Source: an uncultured Muribaculaceae bacterium
Lineage (GTDB): Bacteria; Bacteroidota; Bacteroidia; Bacteroidales; Muribaculaceae
Assembly: GCA_947625935.1 (NCBI GenBank)
Contig: CANQQE010000007.1
Coordinates: 13,724 to 77,723 of the forward strand
DNA length: 64,000 nt
Direction of reading: 5' to 3'
The notes below the pieces were generated by a model, which saw only the letters and a program-made list of their open reading frames with translations, was not told the DNA's origin and made no database searches. Positions 62,795 through 64,000 of the stretch are shown one piece after another. Made by a program: the position numbers and the translations under genes. Within the stretch, counting starts at the first letter, position 1. Every line of letters begins with the position of its first letter.

Positions 62795-63649
62795 ATGCCC
62801 GACATTGAACAGAAACCGGAATTTACCGGTTTCATAGGCAATTTCGTTCTCACGCCTGAAAATTATTACTCTGACGAGGCCAACAAGCGTTTTCTGTCAA
62901 ACTCGCTGTTTAAATCATTATACGGCTATCCCGCCCATCCGCATCCATGCCAGGCAGCAGCTGTTTACGGCGGAAAAGAAACAACAGAGGCGCTGCTGGT
63001 CGGCTCTTATATGGACGCGTGGTTCGAGAGTACAAATGCTTTCGAGGATTTCTGCCGGGAACATGAGAACCAGATCTATACAAAATCCGGCAAGACCAAG
63101 TATAAGTTCATCATCGACGCAGATAATGCGATCAACCGTGTCAGAAAAGACAAGACGTTCATGCGTTTCATGGGCGGCAGCCACCAGACCGTATTGACCG
63201 GAACGATCGCGGGGCATCCGTTTAAGATCAAGATGGACGCGTACCACCCTGGTGAAATGATCGTAGACCTCAAATACGTGAAATCGTCGATGCCGGTATG
63301 GAACGAAGTCTTGAAACAGCGTGTCAGCTTTATCGAAGATTACGGTTACACGATCCAAGGTGCGATCTATCAGGAAGTCGAATACCAGAATTCCGGAAAG
63401 AAACTGCCGTTCTATATTGCCTATGTGACAAAAGACGCGGAACCGGATTTCGGCGTGGTACAGATCCCTCAGGAACTTCTGGACGAGGCCCTTGAATTCG
63501 TAAAGATCAACCTGACCGCAAAACCCTACCAGTCGATCCTGATGGCGCCCAAAGCCTGCGGACGGCGCTCCTGCCCTTACTGCAGGAAGAACAAAAAGCT
63601 CTCCGGCCCGATGGACTGGAAAACATTTACAGAGTACATTGCATCTTAA
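62795..63649 (+). CDS. PD-(D/E)XK nuclease (RecE/exonuclease-VIII-like or Cas4-like with a Cys cluster)
   Basis: ATG 62795 follows AAAGGAGG. Core KMDAYHPGEMIVDLKYVKS (D...D/ExK). One N-terminal Cys (HPCQAA) plus C-terminal CGRRSCPYC suggests an Fe-S or Zn cluster. Confidence 0.6.
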   Translation: MPDIEQKPEFTGFIGNFVLTPENYYSDEANKRFLSNSLFKSLYGYPAHPHPCQAAAVYGGKETTEALLVGSYMDAWFESTNAFEDFCREHENQIYTKSGKTKYKFIIDADNAINRVRKDKTFMRFMGGSHQTVLTGTIAGHPFKIKMDAYHPGEMIVDLKYVKSSMPVWNEVLKQRVSFIEDYGYTIQGAIYQEVEYQNSGKKLPFYIAYVTKDAEPDFGVVQIPQELLDEALEFVKINLTAKPYQSILMAPKACGRRSCPYCRKNKKLSGPMDWKTFTEYIAS

Positions 63650-63657
63650 ACCAGAAT

Positions 63658-63693
63658 GGGGCTGCCGCGACACACTCCGGCGGCTCCGTTTTT
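63658..63693 (+). terminator. Terminator after the nuclease gene
   Basis: 10-bp stem (two G.U pairs) GGGGCTGCCG / CGGCGGCTCC, followed by G and then T5. Confidence 0.7.
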
Positions 63694-63803
63694 AAAAACG
63701 AAAAAAGTTCTTGCCAAAAGATAACGGATATGATATTCTATTTTTGGTATTAAAAATAATAAAATTATATATCGTAAATTTCACAGAAAGGAGGCGCCCT
63801 TTT

Positions 63804-64000
63804 TGGAGACACTTCAGCGTATCATTGTCGAAGAAACGCAGAAGTATGTCGCCACCCTGAATGTTGGAGATGATGATTATTTACAGATGGAAGAAGATCT
63901 GATGAAACGAATAAAAGTCAGGATCACTCAGACGAACCAGGTGAGGAATCAAGGAGACGCTCGTCTGTCAATGCCCAAGTACCTGTCTTTCGGCCAGATC
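63804..64000 (+). CDS. Hypothetical protein, 5' part only (runs off the window)
   Basis: TTG start 8 nt after AAAGGAGG. The frame stays open to the window end (LETLQRIIVEETQKYVATLNVGDDDY...). Confidence 0.4.

Larger units (their letters stand above)
1..64000. mobile_element. Segment of a Gram-positive conjugative element (plasmid or ICE). Minus-strand transfer/surface/partition arm at 1-47116; divergent plus-strand DNA-metabolism or leading-region-like arm at 47476-64000.
   Basis: Coupling protein, relaxase, VirB3/B4/B6-like proteins, cell-wall hydrolase, topoisomerase IA, sortase plus adhesin and ParM occur together. GGAGG-type SD sequences and AT-rich promoter/terminator spacers fit a low-GC Gram-positive host. 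No integrase, transposase or att repeat was seen. Confidence 0.75.

Noticed and set aside
2795-63673. Long antisense ORFs overlapping real genes: 2795-3529 (+), 4239-4679 (+), 16516-17127 (+), 21303-21842 (+), 40317-41033 (+), 44048-44770 (+), 47548-48210 (-), 49042-49650 (-), 50574-51524 (-), 61672-62214 (-) and 62918-63673 (-).
   Set aside because: These are shadow frames of well-supported genes. They lack SD sequences, have biased low-complexity or R/S/L-rich compositions, and would conflict with the strict strand polarity of each arm.
1-64000. CRISPR arrays, tRNA/rRNA genes, IS elements, an integrase and att sites.
   Set aside because: I saw no regularly spaced direct repeats, no tRNA-like cloverleaf or T-loop consensus, no transposase or recombinase motifs and no long terminal repeats. 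The AT-rich 12-mer repeats are promoter-associated, not CRISPR-like.

Overview
The window looks like part of a low-GC Gram-positive (Firmicutes/Clostridia-like) conjugative element. No integrase or att site is visible, so plasmid versus ICE is open. Positions 1-47116 are entirely minus-strand. They encode a VirD4-type coupling protein, a relaxase, a Gram-positive T4SS set (VirB3/VirB4/VirB6-like proteins and a giant cell-wall hydrolase), a type IA topoisomerase, a sortase B plus VaFE/ester-bond adhesin cassette, a ParM-like actin, RHH regulators and a LysM protein. This arm is cut into many small transcription units by near-consensus sigma-A promoters and hairpin terminators. At about 47.1-47.5 kb the polarity flips. 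The plus-strand arm (47476-64000) resembles a leading-region or DNA-metabolism block: SSB-like protein, AEP primase-polymerase, thioredoxin-like protein, MoxR AAA+ with a VWA partner, an orphan reverse transcriptase operon, a second Clp-like ATPase, a UvrD-like helicase split by a group I intron carrying a LAGLIDADG endonuclease, and a PD-(D/E)XK nuclease. The most unusual feature is a 1.77-kb ORF-free, non-AT-rich gap (55038-56806) between the RT operon and the Clp-like/helicase operon. I interpret it as a candidate giant structured RNA, possibly working with the RT. Other oddities are a VirB4-like protein with no Walker A/B, two Clp-like paralogues, an extracellular protein with three Ada-like Cys3His modules, and a non-canonical VPQTD sorting signal. 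All calls come from reading the sequence and ORF translations; no database searches were run.
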